DNA from: an uncultured Gammaproteobacteria bacterium
GTDB taxonomy: Bacteria > Cyanobacteriota > Vampirovibrionia > LMEP-6097
Assembly (NCBI GenBank): GCA_964512985.1
Contig: CAZELI010000011.1
Span: 383-64,382, forward strand
Direction of reading: 5' to 3'
Length of the DNA: 64,000 bases
Shown here piece by piece: positions 9,250-19,187 of the stretch. The notes under the pieces are model-generated. The model saw only the letters and a program-made list of their open reading frames with translations, searched no databases and was not told where the DNA came from. The position numbers and the translations under genes were made by a program. Numbering within the stretch: the first letter of the stretch is position 1; each line of letters begins with the position of its first letter.

Positions 9250-9260
9250 TTTAAAGAAAT

Positions 9261-9291
9261 AAAAAGGTAGCCTTAAGGCTACCTTTTTATT
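9261..9291 (+). terminator. Rho-independent terminator after tRNA-Asp
   Basis: AAAAAGGTAGCC-TTAA-GGCTACCTTTTT, a perfect 12-bp stem followed by a T-run. Confidence 0.8.
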
Positions 9292-9673
9292 TCTCTGGGT
9301 GTTGATCAAGGGATTTGTACTTTTAGCCAGGAATCTGCGATTCCGGGTCGAGGGTTAGCAAGGAAGGTCTAAACGACCTTCCTTGCACTCTTAAATGAAA
9401 CCAGAGATTCAACCACAAAATAAATTCTGACAAATGTCTAATGTCCAGCTACGACCTAAAATCTTCATGACAACATTCTCTAAGGAGAAAATAACCGGCG
9501 ACATTACTTTCAGGAGCAGGCATTCGATCGCCACTAAGCCTAGAGGTCGTTAGCATAAATACATCCAGTAATATCACACAAGGCTCTGGTAGTTTCTTCT
9601 CCCTATCTAGTAATTTCCATATACACCATTTAGTTGATTTAACACTGATTAAGGAATTGGGAATTGAGTGGTT

Positions 9674-12196
9674 ATGAGAAGAATTATTAACCTTAGTATT
9701 GCTTTATTATTAGCTACGACGATAACGCAAACTTATGTCTCAGCCATTACCTTAGTACCTAATAAAACGAACTTTCGGTTCAATGGTTCAGCTAACTCTC
9801 TAAGCTTCAAGGTGAGCCTAAGTGACGATATCCCTTCCTTAACTGGCTCGGGGTTAATTAGCGCAAAGCTCAAACTCAATTCATCACTCTTCACTACCAA
9901 TCTTACTAACAATACTATCTCTATACCTTATACTGACGGTGTTATAGGTGAAAGCCCAGAGATCACTATTAGTCTCAAGAATCCAACTATCACTAAATCA
10001 TCCTCATCACCTTTTAGCGTTAAATTCTCTGGATCCCAACGCAAGAAATTGAAGTTAGCTAATTACTCTGACACTTTTAATATAGATGCTAGTCCTATAC
10101 AGGTCTCTGGTCGTGTAACGATCCCTGAAGATAGTGCTTTAAGCTTCAAAGCTAGAACAACTAAATTATTGAAAGCCCGCACTATTGCACCGTTTAATAC
10201 TGATAATCCAGATGGTGTCTTAGTGCAATTAATGCCTATTGATCCAGCTACTGGTGAGGCCAGTGGGGCAGCCATAGCAGAAGCTATAACAGATAGTGAC
10301 GGTAACTATAATCTTGAAATGCCTGTAGAAGCAGGATTTGGTACAGATTATGCTTTAGTAGTGGAAGGTGATGATGGTGAGAATATGCATGCACCATTAT
10401 TTGGTGATTCTGTAAACATTACACCTGCCACTGAAACTTTATTTCAATTAACTCAAGATGCTGTTCAAGATCCTACTAGTATTGGTTTAGGTGCTGACGA
10501 AGAAATATCATTTGAGAATTTTACTGATACGGAAGCTTTAGGTCTTAATAACCAGCTAGAAGAATTAACTCCTATCTACGAATCAACACTTTCTGCATCA
10601 ATACAGAGTTTAAAAGATACTTATGCAAGCTTCCTTAATAATATGCTTGGAGCCTCCGCCGACGATGATGCTAGTGGTATCTCTACAAATATTGGAGAAG
10701 TAGCTAAAGATATGGCGGGAGACTACCATGTAAGTTTCTTTGATACCTCTATTAGTTCGGAGCAAAGACTTATGATTTCAGTGGAATTAGCTGGAGCTAG
10801 AATGTCTAAACCAGATGAAGTCGGTGCACTTTCTGTGTATCCGTTCCCTTCATTCTCTAGTCAAGCATCTAGCCAAGTTGCTCGTAATGATAGAGGACCA
10901 GACCAGGGACAAGGACCAGACCAGGGACAAGGACCAGACCAGGGACAAGGACCAGACCAGGGACAAGGACCAGATCAAGGACAAGGACCAGACCAGGGAC
11001 AAGGACCAAGTGAAGGTGAACCGTCAGCATCAAGCGCCCGTGTCATCAAGCCTCTTGAGAATACTAGTTGCTATGACGTAGAAGCATACTCTGAAGCCGC
11101 ACACGAAGTAAGGGGTACTCAAGATGGTAGTTTCTACATGACAGTTGATGCTAATCGTATTATTAACTTTGCAGAACCCGCTTCAGAAGAGACTTATAGC
11201 ACTCCTGAAGGACAGCAAGGATCTTTTAGAAGACAACCTAGCGTTATGAATATGATACCTGTTGGTGATGGTATGTTTTTATCAAGTATGAGCTCAACTT
11301 CTAGTAACTTTATGGATGGTAGCTTACAATCAACTGAGTATGAAGCGGGCTTTGCCAGTATCATCAAGAAATCATCGCTAACAGCTTCAGATCTTACTGG
11401 TAATTATGGTATGGTTGGTCTTGGCTATAAAATAGGTGCAGAAGATTACGGTACGATTGCATTCATTGGAGATTTAAGCTTTAGTTCAAGTCAGGTGAAT
11501 TTTAATCTGAATATGAAGTCTATCAATGTATCAGCAGATAGTTGCGAAGCATCGTCTTTTACATTAACGGAAGAAAGTACCGAGGAGCTTGGTTCGGCCA
11601 GTCTTGAGTTTGACAACGGTAGGCTTAATGTTGAGTTAGAGGGAGAAGAGTCTAATTCAGAAACTTTATTTACTGGTTTTGCTAGACCTGACGCTAAAGT
11701 ATTGTCGTTAATATATGCTAGTGATAGTGGCGCACAGGGTTCACGTCAAGACCATGAAGGTCGTTCGAGAAACGTTATTTCAACTGCAGATAGGCAATTA
11801 ATGATTGGCGTCAAGAAGCCAACTACTTTACTTAATCTATCAGGTAAATCTTACAGAATCTTATCAATGAACTTTGGCTTTAACGAACAGGGTGGTAGGA
11901 CTATTAAACAAGGTGAACTTGGTACTTTAAGTTTTAGTGACGGCACACTCAGCGTTAGTGGTTTCTCTAGAGATGTATTCACTAAAGATTCAGCTGATAG
12001 TGAGAGTATAACTGCTTCCAATTCTGTAACGGTAGGCACTGCTATAAGTTACACACTTGATGCTCAGGGTAAGATTAATTTCACTCTTGGTAACGATCAG
12101 CTCACTGGTTATGTAGCTGATGATGCAAGCTTAATAGTCCTATCTTCAGATGAAGATTCTTCACTTGGTATCTATTTTGCAATATTAAATCAATAA
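9674..12196 (+). CDS. Large secreted protein with a GPDQGQ hexapeptide repeat tract
   Basis: Signal peptide MRRIINLSIALLLATTITQTYVSA. A CarboxypepD_reg-like stretch (VSGRVTIPED...DSDGNYNLEMP). The track start at 9668 is GTG; ATG at 9674 preceded by AAGGAA is more likely. Confidence 0.6.
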   Translation: MRRIINLSIALLLATTITQTYVSAITLVPNKTNFRFNGSANSLSFKVSLSDDIPSLTGSGLISAKLKLNSSLFTTNLTNNTISIPYTDGVIGESPEITISLKNPTITKSSSSPFSVKFSGSQRKKLKLANYSDTFNIDASPIQVSGRVTIPEDSALSFKARTTKLLKARTIAPFNTDNPDGVLVQLMPIDPATGEASGAAIAEAITDSDGNYNLEMPVEAGFGTDYALVVEGDDGENMHAPLFGDSVNITPATETLFQLTQDAVQDPTSIGLGADEEISFENFTDTEALGLNNQLEELTPIYESTLSASIQSLKDTYASFLNNMLGASADDDASGISTNIGEVAKDMAGDYHVSFFDTSISSEQRLMISVELAGARMSKPDEVGALSVYPFPSFSSQASSQVARNDRGPDQGQGPDQGQGPDQGQGPDQGQGPDQGQGPDQGQGPSEGEPSASSARVIKPLENTSCYDVEAYSEAAHEVRGTQDGSFYMTVDANRIINFAEPASEETYSTPEGQQGSFRRQPSVMNMIPVGDGMFLSSMSSTSSNFMDGSLQSTEYEAGFASIIKKSSLTASDLTGNYGMVGLGYKIGAEDYGTIAFIGDLSFSSSQVNFNLNMKSINVSADSCEASSFTLTEESTEELGSASLEFDNGRLNVELEGEESNSETLFTGFARPDAKVLSLIYASDSGAQGSRQDHEGRSRNVISTADRQLMIGVKKPTTLLNLSGKSYRILSMNFGFNEQGGRTIKQGELGTLSFSDGTLSVSGFSRDVFTKDSADSESITASNSVTVGTAISYTLDAQGKINFTLGNDQLTGYVADDASLIVLSSDEDSSLGIYFAILNQ
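10895..11020 (+). repeat. 18-bp coding tandem repeat (GGACCAGACCAGGGACAA), six copies plus one degenerate
   Basis: Five copies are identical, one has 2 substitutions (10967-10984), and a degenerate seventh sits at 11003-11020. Encodes (GPDQGQ)6-GPSEGE. Confidence 0.9.
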
Positions 12197-12255
12197 AAAT
12201 GTCTAATGTCTAGTATAGTCCCAAATTCTTCTCATTTACTTAGTACTATTAAGAC

Positions 12256-13209
12256 ATGAGTACCCCTCAAAATCCTACAATTAATTACTCCTATCGAATC
12301 GCCATCATTGTTTTATACATAGCAATATTTCTTCTGCTTCCAAGTTACTTTTTTAAGAATGTCATTTGCGCTAGCACGAGCGTAATATTAAGAGACAAGG
12401 CATTCTATGAATCAATCTCAGAAATCCAAATCCTAGTCGTAGGTGATTCGCATAATATGAAGGTTTTGCCTACTAATACTAAGCTAGGTATTTTTAATTT
12501 CGCAACTGGGGGCGAGAACTATATGCAAACTTATTACAAGCTTAAAAAAGCTCTCCAAGAAAAAAATCAAATTAAAACCATTATCATCCCTTTAAACATT
12601 AATAGCTTTGCTAAGAACGATTTCTCCGAGAAGTCTCATTTATATTATTGGAATAATTATATCGACTATATAGAACTTGCTAAGCTTGACTCTGACTACT
12701 TTTCACATATCAAGAATTTTACCCTAGGCACTTTCTTTCCTTATATTGGTAAATCAAAAGTGATAACTAATTATTTCAGTGGCAAGAAACTAGACGAAGA
12801 GAAGATGCTGAAAAACATTGAAACTAAAAACAAAGATTTCTCTAAATTACCTAAAACAGAACAAACTGCTAAAGCCAAGAAACGTGTTCAAGAACTATTC
12901 CCTAAAGGAAACTACAATAAAACTTTAGAAATATATTTTCATAAATTAATTGAACTATGCAAAGCTAAAAACCTAGATATTGTAATTCTCACACTACCAA
13001 TGACCGATGCGTTTATGGAGACTTATAAATCTAAGTATGATACTCAATGGTTTGAGAATAAAAGAAATGAAGTCTACGTTATGTATCCAGAATTTAGGTA
13101 TATAGACCTTCGAACTAAACTAGCTTCTAGATACTTTAGTGACTCTGATCACCTGAATCTTGATGGTACTAAGATGGCAAATTACTATATTCTAAGAGAT
13201 TTACCGTAA
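12256..13209 (+). CDS. Membrane-anchored SGNH/GDSL-like hydrolase-fold protein
   Basis: N-terminal TM helix. Block I-like VVGDSH and a C-terminal DSDHLN (DxxH). Confidence 0.45.
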   Translation: MSTPQNPTINYSYRIAIIVLYIAIFLLLPSYFFKNVICASTSVILRDKAFYESISEIQILVVGDSHNMKVLPTNTKLGIFNFATGGENYMQTYYKLKKALQEKNQIKTIIIPLNINSFAKNDFSEKSHLYYWNNYIDYIELAKLDSDYFSHIKNFTLGTFFPYIGKSKVITNYFSGKKLDEEKMLKNIETKNKDFSKLPKTEQTAKAKKRVQELFPKGNYNKTLEIYFHKLIELCKAKNLDIVILTLPMTDAFMETYKSKYDTQWFENKRNEVYVMYPEFRYIDLRTKLASRYFSDSDHLNLDGTKMANYYILRDLP

Positions 13210-13211
13210 TT

Positions 13212-14273
13212 TCAAGTCACAGATTGACAAAGCTCTCCGTGTTTCATATGCGAAAACTCTTTCAATGAGACACGTTCCTTACCCATTAATTCTTTAAGTT
13301 TTTGATATATTCTTCTGGTTTGTTGTATTGGTATATATTCATCTAACTTACTTGCAAAGATCTTTACAGAATGAACTTTAGCAGCTAGATAATGTAAATT
13401 ATCATAGAGACTGAGAATAGGGTTTTTGAATAACTTAGCAATCAATTTTCTAAAAGGGTATAAAAGCCCAGCAGTAGTGGGTTCAACCTGCCTAGGTATA
13501 ATGCGATATCGACCAATAGATACATCTGTAATATCTTTCAAAGAGCTAAAAGGAGCAATCATTGTAACATTACCAAACTCTTCCTTAGCTTGGCTATATA
13601 ATTCATATCTACGAGCAAACATATTAGTAAGAATATCGCAGCCCAGTGAACTAGCCACAAAGTTTATACGTTCAGTTTCCCATCTCTTATGCTTAGTAAG
13701 AAATTCAATCGCAGCATCTACATCGTCAGCAAGAGCCTCTTGATATGGAGTACCTTTGTTACTTTCTTCTCCTCTATAACTCAGCATACAAATAGCTTTG
13801 CCATTGAAATAGGATCTAATCGCTGGAACCGCTAAATTACCTATACTAGTATTGCGACCATGCAGAAACATATCGACACTAAATCTAGGCAGAGCTTTAG
13901 ACCATGGCGGCTGAGCATATAAGATTTGAATTGATCCTCTACCATCGCCAGTATTATACTTAAGAGTTGCTAATTCTATATTCCTGATACCATTCTGTCG
14001 AAGATACCTTATAGCACCATGCAGACCTTGATCCTTAAGTAATTTTTCTTGGGTTAAACGATTAATATCAGGAAAATCAAAAGTCTTACGACGTAAAGTT
14101 TCATCATGCATATTACCAGGATGAAATTTCAAATCAGCATATTTTTTCTTAGGATCACCACCAGGATGAACAAGATACTTTCGCTTACAGGGTTCGTAAG
14201 TTTGTATTTTTACATTTTCAGTTATTGTAGACAAAGTATTCATTAGTAAATTTGACACCCTAGATAATAACAT
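13212..14273 (-). CDS. Alpha/beta hydrolase (S33/ABHD-like)
   Basis: SYRGEESNKG region and nucleophile-elbow-like ASSLG. Paralog-like to 14799-15647. The start may instead be at M11. Confidence 0.55.
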   Translation of the reverse strand: MLLSRVSNLLMNTLSTITENVKIQTYEPCKRKYLVHPGGDPKKKYADLKFHPGNMHDETLRRKTFDFPDINRLTQEKLLKDQGLHGAIRYLRQNGIRNIELATLKYNTGDGRGSIQILYAQPPWSKALPRFSVDMFLHGRNTSIGNLAVPAIRSYFNGKAICMLSYRGEESNKGTPYQEALADDVDAAIEFLTKHKRWETERINFVASSLGCDILTNMFARRYELYSQAKEEFGNVTMIAPFSSLKDITDVSIGRYRIIPRQVEPTTAGLLYPFRKLIAKLFKNPILSLYDNLHYLAAKVHSVKIFASKLDEYIPIQQTRRIYQKLKELMGKERVSLKEFSHMKHGELCQSVT

Positions 14274-14287
14274 GTATTATCTAAAGA

Positions 14288-14821
14288 GTGCTAGTGAATA
14301 AAACTATAACAAATTTACAAAGAGTTCTATTTCCATTCTTAGCTAGCTCTGTATTATTGATTAGTGGCTGTCATAAAATTTCAGAGGCTAAACAAACTGA
14401 TCGTAAGATTGCAGAGAACTTAGCTGAAAAACAAGAACCTGAAAGTGGAATCCAACAATATCACACAAAAACACAACAAGACTTTATAAACAAACTTAAC
14501 CAGATTAATACTTATACAGAAAATAAAACAGCTATGTATCAAGACCTCATAACTTTATGTAATGAGGTCACAGACTATAATTCATATGAGCTTAGTAAAG
14601 CTCGTTATCATGTTTTACCACAATTCTTTATTCAATTAGAAAGTTTTGCTTCTGAGAATCTACCAGGTTTTCAAACTAAATACCATCCTCAATACCCTGA
14701 TTCTAAAGACCCACGAGAATTAGCTAGAAATGAAACATTAGAAGCTAGTCAGCTAGCTATTAGCGTTATTAAATATTGCGAACATAAGTTAAGTCAGCTC
14801 AATAAATCCCATATTTATTAA
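14288..14821 (+). CDS. Putative lipoprotein, unknown function
   Basis: Lipobox LLISGC. GTG start with TATTAT (14275-14280) 7 nt upstream. Confidence 0.5.
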   Translation: MLVNKTITNLQRVLFPFLASSVLLISGCHKISEAKQTDRKIAENLAEKQEPESGIQQYHTKTQQDFINKLNQINTYTENKTAMYQDLITLCNEVTDYNSYELSKARYHVLPQFFIQLESFASENLPGFQTKYHPQYPDSKDPRELARNETLEASQLAISVIKYCEHKLSQLNKSHIY

Positions 14822-15647
14822 GGTCTAGTCTATGTCCTTCACCCTTAATAATATGCAAGGAAACATTCGGATTATTACGATCAAGTATATCTTTAATTTT
14901 TTGGGCATGCTCGACTGGGACTACGTCATCTAGAGTCCCATGGACGATTTTAATTTCACGAGCATATATTTTAGAATATGCATCTTCTTGATTCCATAAC
15001 TTCTTCAGGTAAGGTTGCGCCCGTTTGTCATTAATACCAGCAGCCTTGAGGCTTTCCACAGTATCCTTATCTCTATCATTTAAGTTTAGTGGTGCAGCTT
15101 TAAGTAGTAAGCCACCAAACTGAGATCCCTCCAGAGCTTCCTGATAAATTCTCTTCAATGCATGGGCTAATCCTGATGTCCCTAAAGAACTTCCTTCTAA
15201 ATAAACATCTTCCATGACATAACCCAAATTCATAATTTCCATAATCGTTCCCATTACATCATAAATAATAGTTCTTTGGTCTGCCTTACCAGGATTCTGT
15301 GAGTGACCGCGATAGCTAATCATCGCCACATTAAAACCCCGATCTAATAAACTCACCGCTCTCTCTGCTTTAGCAAAGTTTCCTCCTGAACCATGAAGCA
15401 AGATTTTCACTTTCTTATTGTTCGGCTTCTCGACAAACCAATACTTCAATTCAAGCTCATCTTTAGTTCTGAATACTTTCATTGAGTCATTAGCCTTACG
15501 CTTAGGAAGCTCCCTAGTAAAAATACTTCTTGACTCTTGTATATCAGCTTTGATGATATCTTCGGCACTCTTACCATCATAAGCAGCAGGACTATGCAGG
15601 TATCCATTAACCCAGTTCTTCACCTTAGCTTCAAGAGATTCTGACAT
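14799..15647 (-). CDS. Alpha/beta hydrolase
   Basis: Motifs HGSGGN, ISYRGHSQNPG, and nucleophile elbow GSSLG. Confidence 0.65.
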   Translation of the reverse strand: MSESLEAKVKNWVNGYLHSPAAYDGKSAEDIIKADIQESRSIFTRELPKRKANDSMKVFRTKDELELKYWFVEKPNNKKVKILLHGSGGNFAKAERAVSLLDRGFNVAMISYRGHSQNPGKADQRTIIYDVMGTIMEIMNLGYVMEDVYLEGSSLGTSGLAHALKRIYQEALEGSQFGGLLLKAAPLNLNDRDKDTVESLKAAGINDKRAQPYLKKLWNQEDAYSKIYAREIKIVHGTLDDVVPVEHAQKIKDILDRNNPNVSLHIIKGEGHRLDLNKYGIY

Positions 15648-15667
15648 AAGTAAATTCTACAGCCTTT

Positions 15668-17110
15668 TTATGCTGCTAAACCAGCCTTCTTATGCTCCAC
15701 CCGCCATTTGGTGAATTGGTTTGCTAATAAGGTAACTAAAAACACTCCAATAGAATGTAATGTGATACCAGCATAGAGAGTAATAGCGTGATAGTCTTTT
15801 GCTTTATTTTGTAATTTGGCATCATGCTTGGTAGCTTCAAGAACATGATGTATCTTCGCTGGATCTGGTGCTAATTTACCTACGTATTGAGGCTCTAATA
15901 AAATTCCTCTCTTAACCCCAAACTCATCTGCAAGTTTTTTATCGAAGTAAGCTGCTAGACCACCATTAGCCACTCTATGTCCCAACCACCAACTTGGAAT
16001 CAGGGTACAGAATTTAATTATTCTCTCTATTAACTCATCCCTACCTTGAACAGTGCTAAATGCTCCAAACCATTTAGGGATAGTAGTATAACTAAATAAA
16101 AGACCAAGCTTAGGAAACAGCCCATGAGTCATGTCTAATCCTCTATCTATAGCAGAAAGAATTTTATTACCCTTAACTAATTCTCTATTACGACATAATC
16201 CCATCAAACCCAAATTAAGAATCGGAGATAAAACAAGAGCGCTCCTTCCTAATAATTTCTGCTTAAAGTTCAACTCCTCTGCTTGACCAAGCTTCTTACT
16301 ATCTTTATCATTCAAGTAAGCTTTAGTCCCAGTGAATCGAGTTTCTTTAAGAATGTTTTTTCTAAACCATCTTAACGCTAGTCCAAATCCACCCCACATT
16401 AATCCCTCGAAAGCAGATTCTAGTACTACTATGGTGTCTTTGAAGTTAGTTAATGATTTTAGTTTTTCTGGTTTAAATACTAAGTTTTGGAAGTAGTCTT
16501 TCAAACTCTGTGACTGCTTGTTATAGTCCTCTGCTTTAGCAGGTTGATTGATACTAGAGTACATAGTAGCAATTCTTTCTAAATCCTTAGGTTCTTCATC
16601 TAATACACGTTGTACTCCTTCCTTAAATCCATGAGCATCATGTAATTCTGTGCGATAAAGTCTTGCTAATTTATCATAATGTCCTTGATCAGATTTATCC
16701 AGATAAACGAAAGAAGAAATTTTTGCCATTAGTTTAGTTACAGGAGGAGCAATAAATAATGCTATCGTACTCCAACTCGCTTCAAGACAAGCTTCTAGAA
16801 AGCTTGACCAGTTACGAGTAGCACCAGCTAAAATCACAGGTATATCAAATGCTGTTAAATCCAAAACCAATCTAGTTATAGATTCACGTGAATCAATAAT
16901 TCCCGCATATTTTTTAGCCTTATCCCAAAACTTACTTGAACCAGTTTCTACAGATGCCGTATTAGGTTTAAGATCTAAGAAAGTTTCAGAATTATTCAGT
17001 TGTAGATCAGGTTGAGATCGTTCATTATGATGCAAATCTACATTCGGCACTGATGCTCGAAACGGTTCAGGACTCACACGATTATTCAGGCTAGTGATAG
17101 TAGCGGCCAC
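15668..17110 (-). CDS. Hypothetical membrane-associated protein
   Basis: 480 aa. Polar N-terminus followed by several hydrophobic segments. GTG start preceded by GGTGGAG. Confidence 0.4.
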   Translation of the reverse strand: MAATITSLNNRVSPEPFRASVPNVDLHHNERSQPDLQLNNSETFLDLKPNTASVETGSSKFWDKAKKYAGIIDSRESITRLVLDLTAFDIPVILAGATRNWSSFLEACLEASWSTIALFIAPPVTKLMAKISSFVYLDKSDQGHYDKLARLYRTELHDAHGFKEGVQRVLDEEPKDLERIATMYSSINQPAKAEDYNKQSQSLKDYFQNLVFKPEKLKSLTNFKDTIVVLESAFEGLMWGGFGLALRWFRKNILKETRFTGTKAYLNDKDSKKLGQAEELNFKQKLLGRSALVLSPILNLGLMGLCRNRELVKGNKILSAIDRGLDMTHGLFPKLGLLFSYTTIPKWFGAFSTVQGRDELIERIIKFCTLIPSWWLGHRVANGGLAAYFDKKLADEFGVKRGILLEPQYVGKLAPDPAKIHHVLEATKHDAKLQNKAKDYHAITLYAGITLHSIGVFLVTLLANQFTKWRVEHKKAGLAA

Positions 17111-17220
17111 AATTCACTCCACCACAACTTAAACAGAGCCCAAGGCAAAGCCAGGCTCATTCAGAGTTATGTATTGATAATTTTAGCAAATAAGTAAATA
17201 CTGGCTTCTGGTCTAGCTTT

Positions 17221-17826
17221 TTAGGCTAATGTCAAAACCCCTCTCTGATAAAGTTCTGCAAGCATCGGCACTAATGGTAAACCAAGAATCACATCCTGGT
17301 CACCTTCTACCTTAGAGAATAAATGCTTGCCATGTTGCTCAAACATAAAACTTCCACAAGAATTAAACGGTCGTTCTATATCAACGTAGGCTTCAATTTC
17401 TGCACGCGTTAAATCTCGCATAGTTAGCTTCGCTGTCTCTTGATGTGACCAAACTAATTTATCTCCTTGATAAATACAAGTAGAGCAATGCTGGTAATGC
17501 GTTTGTCCAGAGAGTTCTAGAAGTTGCTTGATAGCATTCTCTCTATTACCCGGCTTCTCATACATACGCCCAGCATATTCACAGACCTGATCTGCACCAA
17601 TGACATAAGCATAAGGAAGAAGATTAGAGACAGACTGAGCTTTAGCCTTAGCAAGATACATCCCTTGCTCGGGTAAAGAAAGTTCTGGAATAGTTGTCTT
17701 TAACTCTTCTTCATCCACATTAGACTTAACTACTTTAAAACTCAATCCTAGAGATTCAAGCATTTTCTTTCTGGTCTCTGAACCAGAGGCAAGGATTAAT
17801 TCTTGGGTTGTGAAAGTCTTTGACAT
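17221..17826 (-). CDS. maf: Maf-like nucleoside triphosphate pyrophosphatase
   Basis: LILASGSETRKKMLESLGL and overall Maf length and pattern. The start lies only 7 nt after the stop of the upstream ATPase gene. Confidence 0.8.
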   Translation of the reverse strand: MSKTFTTQELILASGSETRKKMLESLGLSFKVVKSNVDEEELKTTIPELSLPEQGMYLAKAKAQSVSNLLPYAYVIGADQVCEYAGRMYEKPGNRENAIKQLLELSGQTHYQHCSTCIYQGDKLVWSHQETAKLTMRDLTRAEIEAYVDIERPFNSCGSFMFEQHGKHLFSKVEGDQDVILGLPLVPMLAELYQRGVLTLA

Positions 17827-17833
17827 AAAATTA

Positions 17834-19114
17834 TTATAGTTCTATTTTGTTCAGCAGAAAATAATAAGCTGGAATGAATCTTATTCTTTTACCATCAATT
17901 ATTTCTTCAGTGAACTTGGATCTGGTTATAATTACACCGCCTGTCAAACCATACGCTTGACTAGCTTCCAAAATTCCACCCACCTCTCTATCATAAAGTT
18001 CTTCATCTTCTAAATTAGAGTCCGTAACATTGATCACTGTCACAGGATTAGCACCTTCTACTAGAACAAAATCTAATTCAAAGTTATTTTGGTGGTAATA
18101 AATATTTTTATAGCCACGTCTTCTAAGCTCTATATAGATAGCATTTTCTAGAAGTTTACCAGAATCTAAGGAATGATAAAAAGCATTAGCTTGTCTCAAA
18201 CCCGTATCAATACAGTAAACCTTTTGAGGATTTCTTGCTTGCACTTTAAGATTGCGGTCATATTTCTTTACAAAGAACAGTAAAAATGCCATTTCGCAAT
18301 AATAAGCATAATCTTGTGCCGTGACTACATCTAGACCAAAAGCCTTTTTGATACTAGTAAAACTGTGCTTTGAACTAATATTGCTAAGCAAATATTGAAT
18401 CATTTTAATTAAAGATCCCACATCTCTAATCTGAAATCGCTGAACCAAATCTTTATAGACAATATCATTCAAATACTCTCTCGCTAATAAAGTTTGCGTA
18501 TCATGACCTTTCTGCAAAACTTTCTTTGGAAAACCACCGGTTTGTAGATATTTATCCAAAGCTTTTAGATAGTCGTCATCTTTCTTACAAGTTTTCTTAG
18601 TAAAAAATAAAAATTCTTTAAATGAAAGTGGCCAAATATCAGTCTCAATACATCTTCCAGTCAAAGAAGTTGCAATCTCTGAACTTAGCATCTTAGCTGA
18701 GCTACCAGTTACAATCAAAAAATAACTTTGTGTATCAATTATTTTTCTAGCGTAACGTTCCCAATATGGAATATTATGAACTTCATCCAGAATTAATATC
18801 TCAGGTTTTTTACCATAAATTTTCTTATAAAGCTGTGGCAATGTTTCTAAAAGCATTACATTATTATTTTCAATAAAATAAGGATCTTCAAAATTTATAT
18901 AACAAATCTCTTTAAATTTAGTTTTAGCATTTAATATTGCAATTGAAGTTTTACCACAACGTCTTACTCCTATATAAGCTGCTGCTAAAGATTTATCAAA
19001 TTTACTAGGAACATAACTATCTCGTGCAATAGAATTTTCATCTCGTAACCAATCATTCCAGAATTTGACTATATCCAGTAGGTATATATTTTCCATATGA
19101 TCTGCTTCTTGCAT
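17834..19114 (-). CDS. AAA-ATPase (AAA_14/DUF4143-like), copy 1
   Basis: Walker A GVRRCGKTS and Walker B LILDEVH. The C-terminal ELDFVLVEG...INVT looks like a degenerate nuclease-like motif. Start placed at MQEADHMENIY because TATAAT (19121-19126) lies 6 nt upstream; the track start at 19159 falls inside the repeats. Confidence 0.7.
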   Translation of the reverse strand: MQEADHMENIYLLDIVKFWNDWLRDENSIARDSYVPSKFDKSLAAAYIGVRRCGKTSIAILNAKTKFKEICYINFEDPYFIENNNVMLLETLPQLYKKIYGKKPEILILDEVHNIPYWERYARKIIDTQSYFLIVTGSSAKMLSSEIATSLTGRCIETDIWPLSFKEFLFFTKKTCKKDDDYLKALDKYLQTGGFPKKVLQKGHDTQTLLAREYLNDIVYKDLVQRFQIRDVGSLIKMIQYLLSNISSKHSFTSIKKAFGLDVVTAQDYAYYCEMAFLLFFVKKYDRNLKVQARNPQKVYCIDTGLRQANAFYHSLDSGKLLENAIYIELRRRGYKNIYYHQNNFELDFVLVEGANPVTVINVTDSNLEDEELYDREVGGILEASQAYGLTGGVIITRSKFTEEIIDGKRIRFIPAYYFLLNKIEL

Positions 19115-19117
19115 TTG

Positions 19118-19187
19118 TTGATTATAATCAATATACCATAGTTTGTTGATTATAATCAATATTATAAGGTTTATTGACTATAATCGA
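19118..19187. promoter_or_regulatory. Three 28-bp-spaced copies of a 14-bp palindrome containing TATAAT
   Basis: TTGATTATAATCAA at 19118-19131 and 19146-19159 (both perfect), and TTGACTATAATCGA at 19174-19187. Confidence 0.7.

Noticed and set aside
9330-9390. Second tRNA or tRNA-like gene downstream of tRNA-Asp
   Set aside because: Only about 13 nt match the T-arm of tRNA-Asp. No acceptor or anticodon stems can be folded. It was treated as a possible tRNA fragment or att remnant only.
10895-11020. Possible CRISPR array (regular short repeats)
   Set aside because: The repeats are contiguous 18-bp units with no spacers, in-frame within a long CDS. This is a coding tandem repeat, not a CRISPR array. 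The 28-bp phased repeats at 19118-19187 likewise have only three copies and no unique spacers of CRISPR size.
10815-11081. 88-aa ORF with DQTRDK repeats
   Set aside because: This is the alternative frame of the GPDQGQ tandem repeat inside the 842-aa gene, so it is an artefact of the repeat.
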